DNA of 64,000 nucleotides from a virus. Numbering within the stretch: the stretch's first letter is position 1; each line of letters opens with the position of its first letter. The stretch lies in the IMG/VR virus record IMGVR_UViG_3300033802_000281. One strand, given 5' to 3'. Shown in pieces: positions 61,534 to 64,000 of this stretch. Below the pieces are notes generated by a model that had not been told where the DNA came from, did not search any database, and was given only the letters and a program-made list of their open reading frames with translations. Made by a program: the position numbers and the translations under genes.

Positions 61534-61719
61534 GTGGAAGTAAAGCCCGGAATGATGGTATGGTCGGAAGTACTCGGAGCAAACGTTGAAGTGCTCCGGG
61601 TATATAAAAGCACAGCAACCGTCCGCGTATGGGGGCGCGGGCTCGCGGAAGGTAAACTTATGACCTTTCGGGGTCAACGACTCGACAGTTTACACCCCAA
61701 ACGGGAACAGCAGGGCTAG
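61534..61719 (+). CDS. Small early hypothetical protein
   Basis: GGAGGGG RBS, GTG start; stop TAG lies inside the ribozyme 5' strand. Confidence 0.65.
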   Translation: MEVKPGMMVWSEVLGANVEVLRVYKSTATVRVWGRGLAEGKLMTFRGQRLDSLHPKREQQG

Positions 61720-61779
61720 GCCCTACCCCGTGAAAGCCGGGTTCGGCGGAGAAACCCCGCCGCGGCGCTCAACCTGCTG
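61708..61779 (+). ncRNA. Twister-sister self-cleaving ribozyme (three-way-junction type)
   Basis: P1 CAGCAGG/CCTGCTG, internal loop GCTAG/GCTCAA, P2 GCC/GGC, hairpin CCCG-TGAAAGC-CGGG, hairpin CGGCGG/CCGCCG; matches the TS ribozyme pattern as I recall it; predicted cut 61770/61771. Confidence 0.85.
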
Positions 61780-61818
61780 GATGATAGGGCAGGAAATTCA
61801 ATCGAAAGGATGATTTAC

Positions 61819-62157
61819 ATGAACATTGTGAACCTCACCCCGCATGACATCGTGGTGATCGCAGAAGACGGAACCGAATTCCGCCGCTATCCCGCATCGG
61901 GCACCATCGCCCGCGCCGCATCGATAACGGAGATCATCGGCGAGCTGGACGGAGTTCCCGTCGCCCGACAGCAGTTCGGTGAAGTCTCCGACCTGCCCGA
62001 TCCCGAGCCGGGCACCGTCTATCTCGTCTCGCTGGTGGTCGGACAGGCTCTGAAGGGTCAGCGGAACGATCTCTACGGCGCGGACACGTCGCCGGAAGGT
62101 GCTATACGGGACGCGGAGGGGCGGATCGTCGGCACCCGGCGGCTGGTGAAATATTGA
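61819..62157 (+). CDS. Phage hypothetical protein (NLTPH motif family), GC-rich
   Basis: IVNLTPHDI...LPDPEPGTVYLVS...IRDAEGRIVG. Confidence 0.75.
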   Translation: MNIVNLTPHDIVVIAEDGTEFRRYPASGTIARAASITEIIGELDGVPVARQQFGEVSDLPDPEPGTVYLVSLVVGQALKGQRNDLYGADTSPEGAIRDAEGRIVGTRRLVKY

Positions 62158-62169
62158 GGAGGTATTTCT

Positions 62170-62349
62170 GTGGACAGAATGAAATTCTTCTCTTCCTATC
62201 CCACGCACGAAGCACGTGATGAAGTGATGACGTGGTTTGGGTACGAGAACATCGAACGTTGCCGTTACGTGGATCACTCCAACGGGTATACGGATGTATA
62301 CATTCCCGGCGATCTGGCCGAAATATGGGATCGCTGGGCGCAGGGCTAG
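62170..62349 (+). CDS. Small early hypothetical protein (59 aa; below ORF-track cutoff)
   Basis: GAGGAGG RBS, GTG start, ends CAG GGC TAG inside the ribozyme. Confidence 0.65.
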   Translation: MDRMKFFSSYPTHEARDEVMTWFGYENIERCRYVDHSNGYTDVYIPGDLAEIWDRWAQG

Positions 62350-62404
62350 GGAGTGCGCCGAGAATCCCGGCGCGGGCGCGTCTAGCGCCCTCCGCTCAAC
62401 CTGT
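62340..62404 (+). ncRNA. Twister-sister-like ribozyme variant
   Basis: GCAGG-GCTAG-GGA...TCC-GCTC^AA-CCTGT with two internal hairpins; compensatory P2 change; loop AGAATCC. Confidence 0.7.
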
Positions 62405-62439
62405 GAAAGCAGGAAATATTTAAAAGGAGGATGATGATC

Positions 62440-62670
62440 ATGAAAAAATGGTATGTTGACCAAACGTTTGTCCGCGAGGGCCGGGAGTACGACAGAGGCT
62501 ATTACATCCGCGAGGATGGCGTGATCGAGTGGGCGGAGCCGATTCCGAACGGGGAGGCATACGAATTCCCGATCAACGAATGCTTCCATCCTTCCGGGCC
62601 GCTGTCCAGCGAGCCGGGAGATCCGATCAGTGTCGAGGATGGAGAACTGCTCGGGGAATTGGTAGAGTAG
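62440..62670 (+). CDS. Small acidic early hypothetical protein
   Basis: AAAGGAGG RBS; stop abuts the next ribozyme. Confidence 0.7.
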   Translation: MKKWYVDQTFVREGREYDRGYYIREDGVIEWAEPIPNGEAYEFPINECFHPSGPLSSEPGDPISVEDGELLGELVE

Positions 62671-62738
62671 CAGGGCTAGGGAGACGCCGGAGAATCCCCG
62701 GCGAGCCGCTTATAACAGGCGGCTTCCGCTCAACTTGT
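62670..62738 (+). ncRNA. Twister-sister-like ribozyme variant
   Basis: GCAGG-GCTAG-GGA...TCC-GCTC^AA-CTTGT with two internal hairpins; loop AGAATCC. Confidence 0.7.
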
Positions 62739-62774
62739 GATAATGCAGGAATTATCAAAGGAGGATTGATTAAC

Positions 62775-63428
62775 ATGTTTGTATACCATAATGCAATTTG
62801 GACTGGAAAGAAGTGGAAAGATCAAATATATCTGGAACTCGAAAAAACGAGACGTGGCTTCTATGCCGCATGGGAGGCTGGAGGGGGCCATACCAATACA
62901 GGTTCGGCCCAACTCATAGCAAACGCCGACGGTTCAAAGAAAAAACCGATCTTCATCCCGAAACGCGGACCGAAATGCGGCGGACATGCGTTATTCGTGC
63001 TCGAAGTAAACGACATTATCATTAGTACATATCATCATCGCAAAAACTTCGAGCACTATGTCTATCGAGTCAAAAGAATACGGCCCCTTTCCAGGAGGTT
63101 TTGGGCCGACAAAGACGAGTTGAATTATCACACACCGTTCGAATTGGCGGTGTTCGACATCAAAGATAATATCGAGGAAGGGGAGATTCCTCGAAATATA
63201 TCACTTATGGACATCAATGTTTCCCTTACACACGAAGAAACAAACAGCGTTTGGATTAAATACGAAACCGGCGAAATGGTCGCCGATCTCGAAGTCTTAA
63301 ACTGGTTCCATGAAGGAAAATGGAAAAAAGGAGGTGAACCTAGTGGGCCCGTTGCAGATGCTATACGGGTCGCTACGAAAAAGGCTACCGATTTCCATTG
63401 TCGGAAGCCGTATTATTTCAAGCGCTGA
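62775..63428 (+). CDS. Early hypothetical protein
   Basis: True start ATG 62775 after AAAGGAGG; WEAGGGHTNTGSAQLIA...GHALF...HCRKPYY. Confidence 0.7.
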   Translation: MFVYHNAIWTGKKWKDQIYLELEKTRRGFYAAWEAGGGHTNTGSAQLIANADGSKKKPIFIPKRGPKCGGHALFVLEVNDIIISTYHHRKNFEHYVYRVKRIRPLSRRFWADKDELNYHTPFELAVFDIKDNIEEGEIPRNISLMDINVSLTHEETNSVWIKYETGEMVADLEVLNWFHEGKWKKGGEPSGPVADAIRVATKKATDFHCRKPYYFKR

Positions 63429-63556
63429 CTGGATCGCCATAAAGGAGGAATTAGATGTAACAATCCGCTTCCTCATGCAAACACGATTCCGCCGAGCGCG
63501 GATGGTTTAAATGTTGGAATGCCTTAATAGAAAAAAGATTGAAAGGAGAATGTAAC

Positions 63557-63736
63557 ATGTCTAACATCAACATTTTTAACAAACCTAAATATGTTATTGA
63601 ATTTTATCGTAACCATGATCCTAACATAAAATGGAAATTTTTTGTTCGTGCCAATTCGGAAGAGGAAGCATTAAAGGAGTTTTTCAAGGAATTTAATAAT
63701 ATTAAAATTGAATATATTGACCTTTACGAAGAATAA
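63557..63736 (+). CDS. Small hypothetical protein
   Basis: AAAGGAG RBS; VRANSEEEALKEF motif. Confidence 0.6.
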   Translation: MSNINIFNKPKYVIEFYRNHDPNIKWKFFVRANSEEEALKEFFKEFNNIKIEYIDLYEE

Positions 63737-63843
63737 CAGGAAGTGTAAAGGTATTAACAGACATACCGGATGTTTTTTTTGATATAACAGCAACGTAACA
63801 GACAACGAAATACTCATTTCATTCCATGAAAGGGTGAGAAGCC

Positions 63844-63996
63844 ATGTATAAGTTTTTGACTAAAAGACTTGCTAAAAAATTAGGACTTTGGGTTTCATAC
63901 ACAAACGGAATATTTATTGCAGATGTTCGCGGATACTCAATTGCAAAACATTTTGATTCTTGGAAGTCCGCTTATCGATTTTTGAAGTGCCTATAA
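63844..63996 (+). CDS. Small hypothetical protein (50 aa)
   Basis: AAGGGTG RBS, hand-translated. Confidence 0.45.
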   Translation: MYKFLTKRLAKKLGLWVSYTNGIFIADVRGYSIAKHFDSWKSAYRFLKCL

Positions 63997-64000
63997 AATG

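Noticed and set aside
59881-62589. Long minus-strand and alternative-frame ORFs (59881..60681, 61798..62589, 60089..60601, 5' part of 62529..63428)
   Set aside because: Shadow ORFs caused by high GC; the plus-strand genes have clear RBSs and recognisable families
1-64000. tRNA or rRNA genes, reverse transcriptase, att sites
   Set aside because: None recognised by eye; tRNAscan-SE and whole-genome context would be needed to exclude them

Overview
About 64 kb of a large, AT-rich SPbeta-like temperate Bacillota phage or prophage; neither end of the element is in the window. The minus strand (1-51.5 kb) carries a YonO-type phage RNA polymerase followed by the late operon: HU, PIN-PhoH, phosphoesterase, terminase, portal, protease/scaffold, capsid, head-tail and tail-tube genes, a tyrosine recombinase, tape measure, Dit, Tal/spike, a PAAR-like tip and modular discoidin/CLec/DNRLRE adhesins. 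The plus strand (51.7-64 kb) carries a tyrosine recombinase, a RecD2 helicase, an iteron origin with a putative initiator, and an early anti-defence region (ArdA, DarA_C-like). Highlights: (1) the early genes are punctuated by twister-sister-like self-cleaving ribozymes at gene junctions, one of them split into two permuted halves bracketing a 1.6-kb ardA cassette; (2) the terminase large subunit is interrupted by an in-frame 15-nt two-stop hairpin between matched Arg codons, a translational-bypass candidate; (3) the tape measure gene is split by two group I introns, one carrying two different endonuclease ORFs. Also present are an intact IS605-type tnpA/tnpB element and a free-standing GIY-YIG gene. 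All family calls are from motif recognition by eye, not database searches.
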